DNA of 32,525 nt, from the NCBI GenBank assembly GCA_964598975.1, contig CAZRFC010000004.1:1-32525 (forward strand). The letters run 5' to 3'. The translations under genes were made by a program, and so were the position numbers. This stretch comes from an uncultured Mycobacterium sp. Its GTDB lineage: Bacteria; Actinomycetota; Actinomycetes; Mycobacteriales; Mycobacteriaceae. This document shows positions 13,525 through 22,291 of this stretch, piece by piece. The notes below the pieces were generated by a model. That model had not been told where the DNA came from, ran no database searches, and was given only the letters and a program-made list of their open reading frames with translations. Each line of letters begins with the position of its first letter. Position 1 is the first letter of the stretch.

Positions 13525-13728
13525 TTACATATCGGCCGTGTTGGTGCTGGGGTAGGCCCTGCCGACGCCCCACATGATGCGCACGGCCCCGTTTTCGGCC
13601 GCCGTTGCCGGGATGGTAATGGTCACGGAGTCGCCTGGGGTCACCGCGATGTTGTTCTTGCCCGCCAGCGCCACGATCACCGCCACGGCCACCAGGGCCG
13701 CGATCACCAGGGGAATCAGCTCGTTCAT
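13525..13728 (-). CDS. Small protein, 67 aa: hydrophobic N-terminus plus termini of a glycine-rich fibre domain
   Basis: ATGA overlap with the fibre stop. MNELIPLVIAALVAVAVIVALAGKNNIAVTPGDSVTITIPATAAENGAVRIMWGVGRAYPSTNTADM. Confidence 0.72.
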   Translation of the reverse strand: MNELIPLVIAALVAVAVIVALAGKNNIAVTPGDSVTITIPATAAENGAVRIMWGVGRAYPSTNTADM

Positions 13729-14936
13729 GCGCCCACCCTTTCGATGAAAAGCTCCGTGTAGTACTCGGCCGTGCCCGCGCTCTGCGGCTCGCCGCCCGTC
13801 ACCGTCACGCCCACGCTGATCCAGTGCTCCACCTGCAGCACCTTCTGCGCCGCCAGCGTCACGCGGGCCCGCAGTTGCGCGGTGCCGCCCAGCGAGTGGT
13901 GCACGTTCTGGCCATACACCAGCGCCGCGCCGTCCGTCACGTTGGTGATCTTCAGCCGCGAGTGGAAGGTGTTGGAGCCCGAGTACTGCGGCGCCGACGC
14001 CTCGATGTCGTAGGTGCCCGCCGGCAGCGTCACCTGGTTGCTGCCCAGCGAGGCGCCGGCGATGGTGTTGGCCACCACCGTGTTGAGCGTGCGCACGTTC
14101 CAGGCGTTGGCCGTCAGCGACCCAGCGCCCGTGCCAGCCGTCTTCTCGTCGCGCACGTGCAGCAGGCCCGCCACCGTGGGCGCACCCGAGGCGCGGAAGA
14201 CCACGCAGCGGAACTGCGTGGTGGTGATCGCGCGCACCAGCACCATGTCCCCCGCGGCCAGCGTCACCGTCTGGCCGCTGGCCACGCCGGCGATCAGCAG
14301 GTTGGCCCCGGCCGTCAGCGGCCAGGCGTCGGCGGCCACCAGCCAGCGCTCGGCGCCGGCCTGCGGCGCCGCGGGCAGCCCGGTGGTGGTGGTGGTGCCC
14401 GTCACCGTCATCAGGTTGCCCTTCGCGGCGGCCCAGATGTCCATCGTGGTGGCCGCGCTGGCGATAGTCCCGCCGCCGAGCTCGTTGATGCCGGACGATG
14501 CGCTGCCGCCGAGGGTGGCCGTCGGCCCGGTCTTGCCGCTGACGTTGATGTTCCAGTCGGTGTAGGAGCCGGCGCCGGCCGTGTCGGTCGCGGCGGCCAC
14601 GTTGATGGTCAGGGCTCCGGTGCTGGAGTTGTAGGCTGTAACCTGACCCACCATGTACGCGGTTGGCGTGCCGGCGCTCGCCGCCACCAGAAGCTGGCCG
14701 ACGGACCATCCCTTGCTGGTGCTGGCCGTGAAGCTCTTGGATCCGGTGCCGATGGACACGGATGTGGTGCTGGTGCCGGCCAGCGAAGCCGCGGCCGCCG
14801 TCAGAAGGTCGGTCTGAACGTCGTCGAAGCCCGCAGAAACGGCGTCCAGGGCATCGTTGAGGTCCGCCGCCCGCACGGTGTCGAAGCGGATGAAGCGGCT
14901 GGCCGATGCTGGCCAATCGAAGTAGATGTTGCTTAT
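13725..14936 (-). CDS. Tail fibre/receptor-binding protein, about 403 aa; apparent start codon is ATA
   Basis: Thr/Ala/Gly-rich beta-type domains and a C-terminal C1q/TNF-like jelly-roll (NQVTLPAGTYDIEASAP). GAGGAG lies 7 nt before ATA-AGC-AAC (ISNIYFDW). Upstream in-frame TTGs at 14957 and 14975 lack an SD. Confidence 0.85.
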   Translation of the reverse strand: MSNIYFDWPASASRFIRFDTVRAADLNDALDAVSAGFDDVQTDLLTAAAASLAGTSTTSVSIGTGSKSFTASTSKGWSVGQLLVAASAGTPTAYMVGQVTAYNSSTGALTINVAAATDTAGAGSYTDWNINVSGKTGPTATLGGSASSGINELGGGTIASAATTMDIWAAAKGNLMTVTGTTTTTGLPAAPQAGAERWLVAADAWPLTAGANLLIAGVASGQTVTLAAGDMVLVRAITTTQFRCVVFRASGAPTVAGLLHVRDEKTAGTGAGSLTANAWNVRTLNTVVANTIAGASLGSNQVTLPAGTYDIEASAPQYSGSNTFHSRLKITNVTDGAALVYGQNVHHSLGGTAQLRARVTLAAQKVLQVEHWISVGVTVTGGEPQSAGTAEYYTELFIERVGA

Positions 14937-14958
14937 TTTAGCTCTCCTCTGCCACAAT
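14929..14958 (+). promoter_or_regulatory. Putative sigma70 promoter giving a leaderless HNH transcript
   Basis: TTGCTT-N18-CACAAT with a TGn extension. The ATG is 7 nt after the -10 box and there is no SD. Confidence 0.45.
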
Positions 14959-14965
14959 CGCGGCG

Positions 14966-15601
14966 ATGAAGACAATCACAAAGCAGCAGGCCATTGCGGC
15001 TGGTCTTACAGCCTACTACACAGGGAAGCCATGCCCTCATGGTCATGTTGCCCATCGAATAGTTTCCAGCGGAAGCTGTTCCGAGTGCGCGAAAGCAAAC
15101 GGCAAAAGGCATTACACGAACAACCGCGACGCCTACATCAAGAGGGCGACAGACAGGATAGCCGCGAACCCGGAGGCATTCAACGAAGCGTGCCGCAACA
15201 GAAGAAGCAACAATCCGGGCCTTCACAAAGACAGAGACAGGAAGAAGCGCGAAAAATACGGTCAGCAGTTGGCCATATACCAGCAGTTGTGGAGGCTTGC
15301 CAACCCAGATAGAAGCAGGCTTAACTCCAGGGCCAAGGAGGCGAAACGTCGAGCCAAACAAGCGGCCTCTGGCGGAAGCTATACGCGCGAAGAGTTGCTC
15401 AACCTTTACGTTCTGCAGCGCGGACGATGCGCCGAGTGCTGCGCCAAACTTGTGTAGCATCACGCCGATCACATACAGCCCATCGCTCTCGGAGGAGACA
15501 GTTCGATTCGCAATATTCAGCTTCTTTGCCCGACTTGCAACAAAAGAAAGAGTTCTCTCGATCCCATCGAGCACGCCAAACGACAAGGACGCCTTCTCTA
15601 G
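14966..15601 (+). pseudogene. Free-standing HNH homing endonuclease with an in-frame amber stop
   Basis: YYTGKPCPHGH...CSEC N-terminus, QRGRCAEC, TAG at 15455-15457, then in the same frame HHADHIQPIALGG...NIQLLCPTCNKRK to TAG at 15599-15601. Visibly lower GC than the flanks, and antisense to the late operon. Confidence 0.9.
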
Positions 15602-15606
15602 CAGCA

Positions 15607-17742
15607 TCATGAAGAAGGCCCTCCTTTGGCCCGGTAGAGGCCCGTGCGCGAGAAGTACACCAGAAGGCCTTGAAGGGTGACGGGGCGCACGAAGTCGCTC
15701 TCGAAGAAGATGATCAGGGCCATGTTCGATCCGCGGCCCTCCAGGTCGGCGTCAACCTGAACAATCCGCGCGCGGTCCATCTGCACGGTGTCCAGCGCGT
15801 CCAGGTCGAACGATCCGCCGATGGCGTCGATGTCCATGTCCTGCGTGCCGCCGTGGCTGTAGAGCCCGTCGTCGTAGTTGAACAGTTGGCGGAAGTTGAC
15901 CGTCACGAAGTCGGTCGACAGGTACTCGGCGCACATCTTGTGGAAGTGCTTCTCCACGTTGGGCGTCTTGTAGTGGTTGTACGGCAGGAACAGCGAATAG
16001 ACGATGGCCACGCCGTCGAAGCTGGTGCCGGCATCCTCCTCCATCACGTATCCGTCGCTCGTGCCCATGAACTTGTGCTCTCGGCCGTCGGACATGATGC
16101 CGGCGGCGAAGCAGGTTGGCACGTGGTCGTACTGGCTGATGGAGAAGGACACGTCCTTGGGCGTCAGCACGGGGTTGCCGGACATGATCGAGCATCGCAG
16201 GGCCATACCGTCGGAGAAGTACAGGCGGTACTGGTTCGTCTCCTTGGCCATGCGCGAGCCCACAACCTGGGTCATCTTGGCGTTGAGCGTGGTGCGCACG
16301 TTCTTGGACATGATGGCCGGCTCGAAGTCGCCGAAGTTCTGCGTTGCCTGGAGCGTGGTCAGCCCCTTGTCGTCCAGGAAGATGGCGTTGCCGGTGTTGT
16401 CCTGCACGGACCCCGAGAAAGCGCCGGTGTCGGTGGTGTGGTCACGCATCTCCCAGTCGAGGGAGCTGCTGCCGGCCAGCTTCTTGATCAGGTTGCGCGC
16501 GAACACGCCCAGGAGCTCTCCGCGCAGGGACGTGAGCCCGGTGATTTCCGCCCCGATGCCGAACAGGGCGGCCGTCGTGGTGTACGTCATCGGGCTTCCC
16601 AGGTCCGAGGACTGGAGTTGGCCGTAGGGGTAGGCGAGGAAGAGATGGTCCTTGAACGAGTCCACCAGGAACGGCTTGTCGCTGTAGTCAGTGAGCCCGA
16701 TTTCCCAGTTGTTGATGGTGCCCGAGCCGCCCACGCTGGTGACATTCACGTCGAGCTGGCCCGTGCCGCTGTTGTAGGCGGTCACGGTGCCGTTCATGTA
16801 GTTGGCCGCATTGGTCTGCTGCCAGATGGTGATGGCGTCTCCGGCCACCCAGTTCCGGCTTGCTGTGGCGCTGGTGAAGGTCTTGGCGCCGACGCCGATG
16901 GTCACGTTGGTGGTGCTCAGTGCCTCGCTGCCGTAGATCGGATCGGCATAGGTGAACGTGCCATCGCGCGTGAGGCTGAACAGTCGGCCCTTGCCGCTCA
17001 CTCCGAAGAGCGTTGTCTCGGTCGACGATCCGCTGAAGTTGGCCACCTCGAACTTGTAGGATGCGGACGGTTGCAGCCCGGTGCGCACGCTGACCCATCC
17101 ACTGGCCGATGACTTCCAGAGCGTGGCCGATCCGCTGCCGACGATGTTTCGCACGCAGTAGACAACCTCGTCGAACACGGCCACGCCCAGAATGGCCCCC
17201 TCCCCGGTCGGCTTCTGGATGAGCGCTCGCAGGTACTCGCGCGCGGCGGTCAGCGCTGCCACGTGGCCCGAGTAGCCGACGGACCCCACCTCGATGTCGT
17301 CGGCCGCCAGGGCGTAAGTGACGCCGCCGACCCGGATCAGGTCGTTGTTCTCCCACTCGCCGGACAGGCCCACCAGCAGCAGCGTGCCTGCCGCGTCGCC
17401 GCCGGCCCAGGATCCGGTCGCAAGGGTCACGCTCACCACCGTGGCCGATGCGACTGCGCCGTCGGTGATGGTGTCGCCGGCCACGATGGCCGACGATCCG
17501 GTGTCGAACGGCAGGATGGCGTAGTTGCACTCGCTGGGCTTACTGCGGCCGTCGAACCGCTCATAGCCCTGGATGGTGCGCGCGCCCTGGACGCCGAAGA
17601 TGGACTCCCAGTTGCGCACGGAGTACATCCGGCCGGGCTTGATGACCATGCCGGCCGCGTCCTCCTCCAGGCCGCCGGCAATCGGGATGTATTCCGACTC
17701 CCAGGGCTCTGCGAAGCGTGTGCGCTTGGGGTTGCCCCTCAT
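15607..17742 (-). CDS. Tail nozzle/packaged-DNA stabilisation protein (P22 gp10/T7 gp12-like), 711 aa
   Basis: ATGA overlap with the adaptor stop. IAGGLEE N-terminus and beta-propeller-like repeats. Located between adaptor and fibre. Confidence 0.8.
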   Translation of the reverse strand: MRGNPKRTRFAEPWESEYIPIAGGLEEDAAGMVIKPGRMYSVRNWESIFGVQGARTIQGYERFDGRSKPSECNYAILPFDTGSSAIVAGDTITDGAVASATVVSVTLATGSWAGGDAAGTLLLVGLSGEWENNDLIRVGGVTYALAADDIEVGSVGYSGHVAALTAAREYLRALIQKPTGEGAILGVAVFDEVVYCVRNIVGSGSATLWKSSASGWVSVRTGLQPSASYKFEVANFSGSSTETTLFGVSGKGRLFSLTRDGTFTYADPIYGSEALSTTNVTIGVGAKTFTSATASRNWVAGDAITIWQQTNAANYMNGTVTAYNSGTGQLDVNVTSVGGSGTINNWEIGLTDYSDKPFLVDSFKDHLFLAYPYGQLQSSDLGSPMTYTTTAALFGIGAEITGLTSLRGELLGVFARNLIKKLAGSSSLDWEMRDHTTDTGAFSGSVQDNTGNAIFLDDKGLTTLQATQNFGDFEPAIMSKNVRTTLNAKMTQVVGSRMAKETNQYRLYFSDGMALRCSIMSGNPVLTPKDVSFSISQYDHVPTCFAAGIMSDGREHKFMGTSDGYVMEEDAGTSFDGVAIVYSLFLPYNHYKTPNVEKHFHKMCAEYLSTDFVTVNFRQLFNYDDGLYSHGGTQDMDIDAIGGSFDLDALDTVQMDRARIVQVDADLEGRGSNMALIIFFESDFVRPVTLQGLLVYFSRTGLYRAKGGPSS

Positions 17743-18398
17743 GCAAGGGCCCCCCCGAGCATGATGCCTGGGCGGCACTTGCGCTCCATGGCGTCGATGT
17801 ACTCGTCGTACTCGCCTTTGGCGGTGTCGTAGCGCTGGGCATCCTTCACGCGGTCGCAGAAGAGCATCACGGCCCGCCACACGATGACGTCCTGGTAGTT
17901 CTCCGGGATGCGCGGCTCGTCGGTATCGGCCGCCAGTGCCTGCGGGTAGAGGTGGTACTCGTGCACCACCTTGAGGTTGGCGCGGTCTGGTACCGGGAAA
18001 TACTGCATCACGTTGTCCGGCTTCACCGTGAAGTGCGTCGGGATGCCCGCGGCCGGCGGGATGACGAGGTGCCGGAAGCGCTCCCACTCCCAGAAGGTCA
18101 GCCATTGCCGACTGGTGATGCCCACGGAGTTGTCGTAGCAGTAGGAGCCTTCCTTGCGCACGTCACGCAGGCCGCGCGCGTAGGTGTCCACGTCTTCGGT
18201 CAGGTCGAAGGTCGCGGTGATCCAGTTGAAGGTCCAGTCCTCGTGCATGTTTTGGATGCGCTCGTAGGCCTGCTGCACGAAGCGAACCATGTCAGCCTTG
18301 CGGCCGATTTGGTTCAGCACGGTGGTAGGCGCGGCGCCTCCGATGCCGGCCTCTCGATAGGCCTCTTGCACCAGTTCGATGAAGGTCCGGCTGGGCAC
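17739..18398 (-). CDS. Head-tail adaptor protein, 219 aa
   Basis: TFIELVQEAYREAG N-terminus, YFPVPD, DTDEPRIPENYQDVIVWRA. Typical adaptor pattern and position. Confidence 0.85.
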   Translation of the reverse strand: MPSRTFIELVQEAYREAGIGGAAPTTVLNQIGRKADMVRFVQQAYERIQNMHEDWTFNWITATFDLTEDVDTYARGLRDVRKEGSYCYDNSVGITSRQWLTFWEWERFRHLVIPPAAGIPTHFTVKPDNVMQYFPVPDRANLKVVHEYHLYPQALAADTDEPRIPENYQDVIVWRAVMLFCDRVKDAQRYDTAKGEYDEYIDAMERKCRPGIMLGGALA

Positions 18399-18400
18399 GA

Positions 18401-19231
18401 TCAGCGCTCCTGCATGATGCGGTTCGCCCAGGGGCGGCCGCGGGGGTTGTCGTCGCGCACGATGGCGAACGGGTAGCGCATGCTGGTGGTCTTGTGCACG
18501 ATGTTGCGGATGTCACCGGAGTCGGTGCGCTTCTGCTCGGTGCGGATCTGCACGGGCTTGGCGCGCATCAGTTGCTCCACGTACATGCGGCGCACGGCCG
18601 TGTCCTCTTCGCGCCACACGAAAATCTGCCGGCCGTTGACGGACAGCGGCACCGGGTTCTCGTCGCCCGGGATCGGGCTGGCGTGGATGCGGATGACGAC
18701 GAATTCGCGCATGAACGCCTCCATCTCGGCCCGGTCCCTGAACATCGGCGTGTCCACCGGCTCGATTTCGAGGTCGTCGCGGCGCAGCACCTTCTCCAGG
18801 TCGCCGGAAACCGGGATGTGAACCTGCTCCGGCGGGATGTTGGGCGTGTGCATCTCGCCATGGTTGAAGTACCTCGGCGTCACCGGGTTGTTGGCGGCGC
18901 GGCGCGCGGCGGCGTCCACGTTGGCCTGCAAGTCGGCCAGCGTCTCGGGCCGATGCAGTGGCTCGCCCGGATGGCCCACCGCGCTGGCGGTCTTCACGCC
19001 GGGGAACGGAGAGATGCCGATGGCGTCCATGTCATCGGCCGTGACGTTGCCGGATCCCATGGCCTGGGGGTCTTCGCCGTCTTGAATCACGGCCGGGGCA
19101 CTGGCGAACTGCTCCAGCGTCTTGGCCGGCATGTCGCCCAGCTTGGGGATGTTCAGGTTGGCCGATCCGGCGGAGGAACCCTTGCCTTGGTTCGTGCTTG
19201 GGGCATGGGTACGAGTGGCGGGAGCGTTCAT
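18401..19231 (-). CDS. Conserved virion-associated protein, 276 aa
   Basis: AAGGA SD before the ATG at 19231. The C-terminal FMREFVVIRIH...VPLSVNG...VRRMYVEQLMRAK domain is of the kind found between head and adaptor genes in phages with N4-gp56-type capsids. Confidence 0.75.
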   Translation of the reverse strand: MNAPATRTHAPSTNQGKGSSAGSANLNIPKLGDMPAKTLEQFASAPAVIQDGEDPQAMGSGNVTADDMDAIGISPFPGVKTASAVGHPGEPLHRPETLADLQANVDAAARRAANNPVTPRYFNHGEMHTPNIPPEQVHIPVSGDLEKVLRRDDLEIEPVDTPMFRDRAEMEAFMREFVVIRIHASPIPGDENPVPLSVNGRQIFVWREEDTAVRRMYVEQLMRAKPVQIRTEQKRTDSGDIRNIVHKTTSMRYPFAIVRDDNPRGRPWANRIMQER

Positions 19232-19260
19232 GGATGTGGTCCTTGTGGTGGGAAGTCGGT

Positions 19261-19290
19261 GCAAAGCCGGCCCCGAAGGGCCGACTTGCT
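19261..19290 (-). terminator. GC-rich hairpin with UUCG tetraloop (weak terminator or mRNA stabiliser)
   Basis: Minus strand GTCGGCCC-TTCG-GGGCCGGC followed by TTT, just after the 19308 stop. Confidence 0.6.
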
Positions 19291-19307
19291 CTCTCACTGG
19301 TCCTGGA

Positions 19308-19688
19308 TCAGCCTTCGGCCAGCCAGACGCAGTTCTTGGACGCCAGGATGGCGCCCAGCGTGGCGTTCTGGAGCACGCTGAAACCCTTGTTGTCGGAGTT
19401 CAGGGTGATGCCGCCGTTGCCGCCGGACGTCTCCAGGGTGCGGGTGCCGTTGGCCGCGGTCTTCACGCAGCCGCCGGCCGGCATGCCGTAGTGCCACTCG
19501 ATCATCACGCGGTCGGTGTAGTTGATCCAGCGCACGTACTTGGGCTTGAAGCCGCACGTGATGCTCACGCTGTCAGCCGCCACGATGGCCGTGGCATCGA
19601 AAGCGACGTGGCCCTGGGCGCGCAGCACTTGGCCTTGCGGGCCCGTGCCGTCGGCGGGCGTCTGGGTGTAGGTGGTATTGGTTGCCAT
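19308..19688 (-). CDS. Head accessory/structural protein, 126 aa
   Basis: AAGGAG SD. ITCGFKPKYVRWIN beta-rich motif. Lies downstream of the MCP. Confidence 0.8.
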   Translation of the reverse strand: MATNTTYTQTPADGTGPQGQVLRAQGHVAFDATAIVAADSVSITCGFKPKYVRWINYTDRVMIEWHYGMPAGGCVKTAANGTRTLETSGGNGGITLNSDNKGFSVLQNATLGAILASKNCVWLAEG

Positions 19689-19728
19689 TTCAGGCTCCTT
19701 GAAGTTGAGGGTTGACTGACTGGGTGGA

Positions 19729-20121
19729 TCAGGGCTCGATGCCCAGGTACGCGGTGCCGTTCATCGAAGAGCGCTTGAGAACCACAGCGCGCAGCGTGCC
19801 GGATGCGAGGTCGACGGCGCCACCCGACTCGTTCTGGAAGCGAACGGAGACGGTGTTGGCGGCACTGACGTAGGCCGTGACAGTGATGCCGGCGAGGTCG
19901 ACGGAGTGCGACACACCCACCACAAAATCGCCCAGGGCGGCGCCCGTGACGGTGATGGTGGTGGTCGCGCCTGCGCCGTCCACGAGGTTGGCGGCGTCGT
20001 AGGTGGCCGAGCCCACGAGAAACGCCGTCCGCTGGGCCTGGAAGAGCTTGCGGATGATCTTCTCGATGCGCTGCGACAGGCCGGTGACGCCGAGGGCCTT
20101 GTTGAGGGACTGGTTGGGCAT
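19729..20121 (-). CDS. Head decoration/cement-like protein, 130 aa
   Basis: AGGAG SD. TITVTGAALGDFVVG...AYVSAANTVSVRFQN beta-sandwich, immediately after the MCP. Confidence 0.78.
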   Translation of the reverse strand: MPNQSLNKALGVTGLSQRIEKIIRKLFQAQRTAFLVGSATYDAANLVDGAGATTTITVTGAALGDFVVGVSHSVDLAGITVTAYVSAANTVSVRFQNESGGAVDLASGTLRAVVLKRSSMNGTAYLGIEP

Positions 20122-20149
20122 GTTGGATGCTCCTGCTGAGTGGTTGAGC

Positions 20150-20169
20150 GCCCGGGAGTTACCCCGGGC
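20150..20169 (-). promoter_or_regulatory. Hairpin after the major capsid gene (likely mRNA stabiliser)
   Basis: GCCCGGG-N6-CCCGGGC with no U-tract. Confidence 0.45.
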
Positions 20170-20177
20170 TCATGTCA

Positions 20178-21218
20178 TCAGGCCAGATCCGGCGTGCCGC
20201 ACTCGATCACAGCCGCCCAGCCCTGGTTGAGCATGACGGCCGTGAAGTAGGTCTTCGCGCCGATGTAGCCGCGCTGACCCAGCGGATCCGCCGTGTCCTT
20301 GGTGCCGGGGCGGATGTAGCTCACGTCCAGCGCCTTGTCACCGCGCAGGGCGACTTGGCCCCAGGCGTCTTCGCCGCACACCAGCACGGGGTACACGTCG
20401 ATGTTCGCGGCCGACGTGGAGTACAGGCCGGGCGCGCTGGCCACCGCGGCGCCGGAGTCGGCATAGGCTGCCAGCTCGGGCGACAGGATGAAGCGGAAGC
20501 TCTCCACGCTGCCGATTTCCAGCGGGTGGATGACTTGCCGCTGGCCGTAGTCGGCCACGTGCTTGAAGCCCTCCAGGTCGCGGATGGCCGCTTCCATGTC
20601 GGTGTGGCAGAAGACCATGTAGCTGGCCTCCACGCTGGACGTGCCGAACTTCGGCGAGGCGTCCAGGATGGTGGTGCACATCTCGGCGTGGTTGGCCTTG
20701 AGGTTGCGCGTGACCTTGCGGATCAGGTTCACCGACAGCGTGGCCGTGACCGTGCCGCGCGAGGTGCCGCCGGCGTAGTAGGCGTTGGTCATCGCCTTCA
20801 GGGCGCCGTAGCGGACCATCTCGCGCACGAGGCCGATGCGCTGGCCGGTCTGCTTCTTCATCTCCGGCGCGATTTCGTCCTCGTACAGGTCGTCCACCAC
20901 GTCCGTCAGGGCGTAGAGGCACGTGTACTGCGACAGCGTGGCCGTGATGTCGGTCGAGGTCAGCGTGTCGGCCGTCGGCGTGACGCCTTCCGTGGCCAGA
21001 TGCAGGCCGGCGAAGGAGCCGACGTTGCTGGTGGTGATCCAGCGGTTGTCGGTGCCTCCGAACGGCAGCCAGCGGCGGAACTTGACGGTCTGGCCCACGT
21101 TCTTGGGCATGCGCTTCTGCATGCCAGTGATGCCGAGGACTTCCTTGGCATCGGCGTGCGCCAGGATTTCGCCCTTGAGTACGCCGACTCGCTGGGCTTG
21201 GGTGAGCATTTTTTGCAT
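20178..21218 (-). CDS. Major capsid protein, N4-gp56 family, 346 aa
   Basis: MPKNVGQTVKFRRW, TEGVTP, EIGSVESFRFI, DVYPVLVCGEDAW, DPLGQRGYIGAK. AAGGA SD. Confidence 0.93.
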   Translation of the reverse strand: MQKMLTQAQRVGVLKGEILAHADAKEVLGITGMQKRMPKNVGQTVKFRRWLPFGGTDNRWITTSNVGSFAGLHLATEGVTPTADTLTSTDITATLSQYTCLYALTDVVDDLYEDEIAPEMKKQTGQRIGLVREMVRYGALKAMTNAYYAGGTSRGTVTATLSVNLIRKVTRNLKANHAEMCTTILDASPKFGTSSVEASYMVFCHTDMEAAIRDLEGFKHVADYGQRQVIHPLEIGSVESFRFILSPELAAYADSGAAVASAPGLYSTSAANIDVYPVLVCGEDAWGQVALRGDKALDVSYIRPGTKDTADPLGQRGYIGAKTYFTAVMLNQGWAAVIECGTPDLA

Positions 21219-21270
21219 GATGCTGATTCCTTTTCAGGTGGTTGAGGTTGGACCTTGTTCAGGTGTTGGT

Positions 21271-22290
21271 TCAGTGCCTGCGCGCAGACATCTGACCCTG
21301 CCCAGGCTTGCCGCGCGCCTTGCGCCAGCCGGCCTCGATGGGGTCGAATCCGCGATCAGTCGGGGCTTCGCCGCCGGCCGCGGACGTTCCCGCCCCTACG
21401 GACCGCGCAATGCGATTTCCCTTTGCGGCCGCTTCCCTCGCGGCCTTGGTGATGGAGCTCTTGAAGTCGTTGAGCGCCGGGATGATGTCGTTGCTGTCCC
21501 ACGAATTCAGCAGCACTTGCTGGCGCTCCTCGGGCTGGGCCTTGACCCAACCCATGAAGGCTTCGTGCTGCTTGCCTCCGGCGAAGTAGTCGGCAGCGTC
21601 GGGGTGCGCGATGGCCACGATCTTGCGCTCGGTCTTGCGCTCCATCTCGGCCATCCTGGTGGACACGACTTGCTCCAGATCCTGCTCGGACATGGGGCCA
21701 CCCGTCACCACCTTGGACAGATCGCGCGCGACGGCCTCGGCGTACTCGTCGCCGAACTCTTCGCGCAGACTGGGGAAGTCGTCTTTCGTCAGCGCCCTGG
21801 GCTTCCCGGCGGCCTGCATCTGTTGCTGCAAGTGCCCGATGCGCCCGGCCAGTGTGTTGGTCGTGCGCTCCAGGGAGTCTGTGCGTTCGAGCTTCTCCCG
21901 CAGTTGCTTGGCGGTCATCCCGCCGAACACCACTCGGTTGTCGTCGTCGTTCGCGCCTGGACGTGGGTCTGCTCCATCGGCTGCGTCGGCCCCGGCGATG
22001 GCATCGCTGCCATCGTCATCGTCGCCATCGTCTTCGTCGCCCTGGTCAGAGCCACCACCGAAGCGCTTTTTGCCCGCGGGGATGGTTGTCTGCTGGTCGT
22101 CGTCGCCGTTGGCGTCGCCGTTCACTGCCTTGAAGCCGGCCATCATCCCGGCGAGCACTTCGGGGTCGTCTTCGGCGGCCTCGTCGTCGTCGTCGCGGGA
22201 GCGGCGCCCTTCGGCGTGCTCGTCGAGGTCAATGACCTCTTCTTGCACTCCAGGCGGGGTGTCGCTGGTTGTGGTGCTGGCTTGGCTCAC
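21271..22290 (-). CDS. Putative capsid scaffolding protein
   Basis: Very acidic N-terminus with helical core, directly upstream of the MCP. GTG at 22290 after GGAG is preferred; the track start is 22302. Confidence 0.78.
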   Translation of the reverse strand: MSQASTTTSDTPPGVQEEVIDLDEHAEGRRSRDDDDEAAEDDPEVLAGMMAGFKAVNGDANGDDDQQTTIPAGKKRFGGGSDQGDEDDGDDDDGSDAIAGADAADGADPRPGANDDDNRVVFGGMTAKQLREKLERTDSLERTTNTLAGRIGHLQQQMQAAGKPRALTKDDFPSLREEFGDEYAEAVARDLSKVVTGGPMSEQDLEQVVSTRMAEMERKTERKIVAIAHPDAADYFAGGKQHEAFMGWVKAQPEERQQVLLNSWDSNDIIPALNDFKSSITKAAREAAAKGNRIARSVGAGTSAAGGEAPTDRGFDPIEAGWRKARGKPGQGQMSARRH

Positions 22291-22291
22291 T

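Noticed and set aside
15455-15457. Genome-wide TAG recoding
   Set aside because: TAG is used as a normal stop (15599-15601, 30204-30206, 30250-30252), and no other gene is interrupted by TAG.
14933-15610. Group I intron carrying the HNH gene and splitting the fibre start
   Set aside because: Only about 5 nt and 30 nt flank the HNH ORF, leaving no room for a ribozyme core, and the putative 3' end is not G. A free-standing insertion fits better.
17743-18105. N-terminal extensions given by the ORF track (nozzle to 18105; also 12087, 13573, 19297, 27619, 31882, 32442)
   Set aside because: They overlap upstream genes in shadow frames. Downstream starts with an SD or ATGA coupling are better supported.
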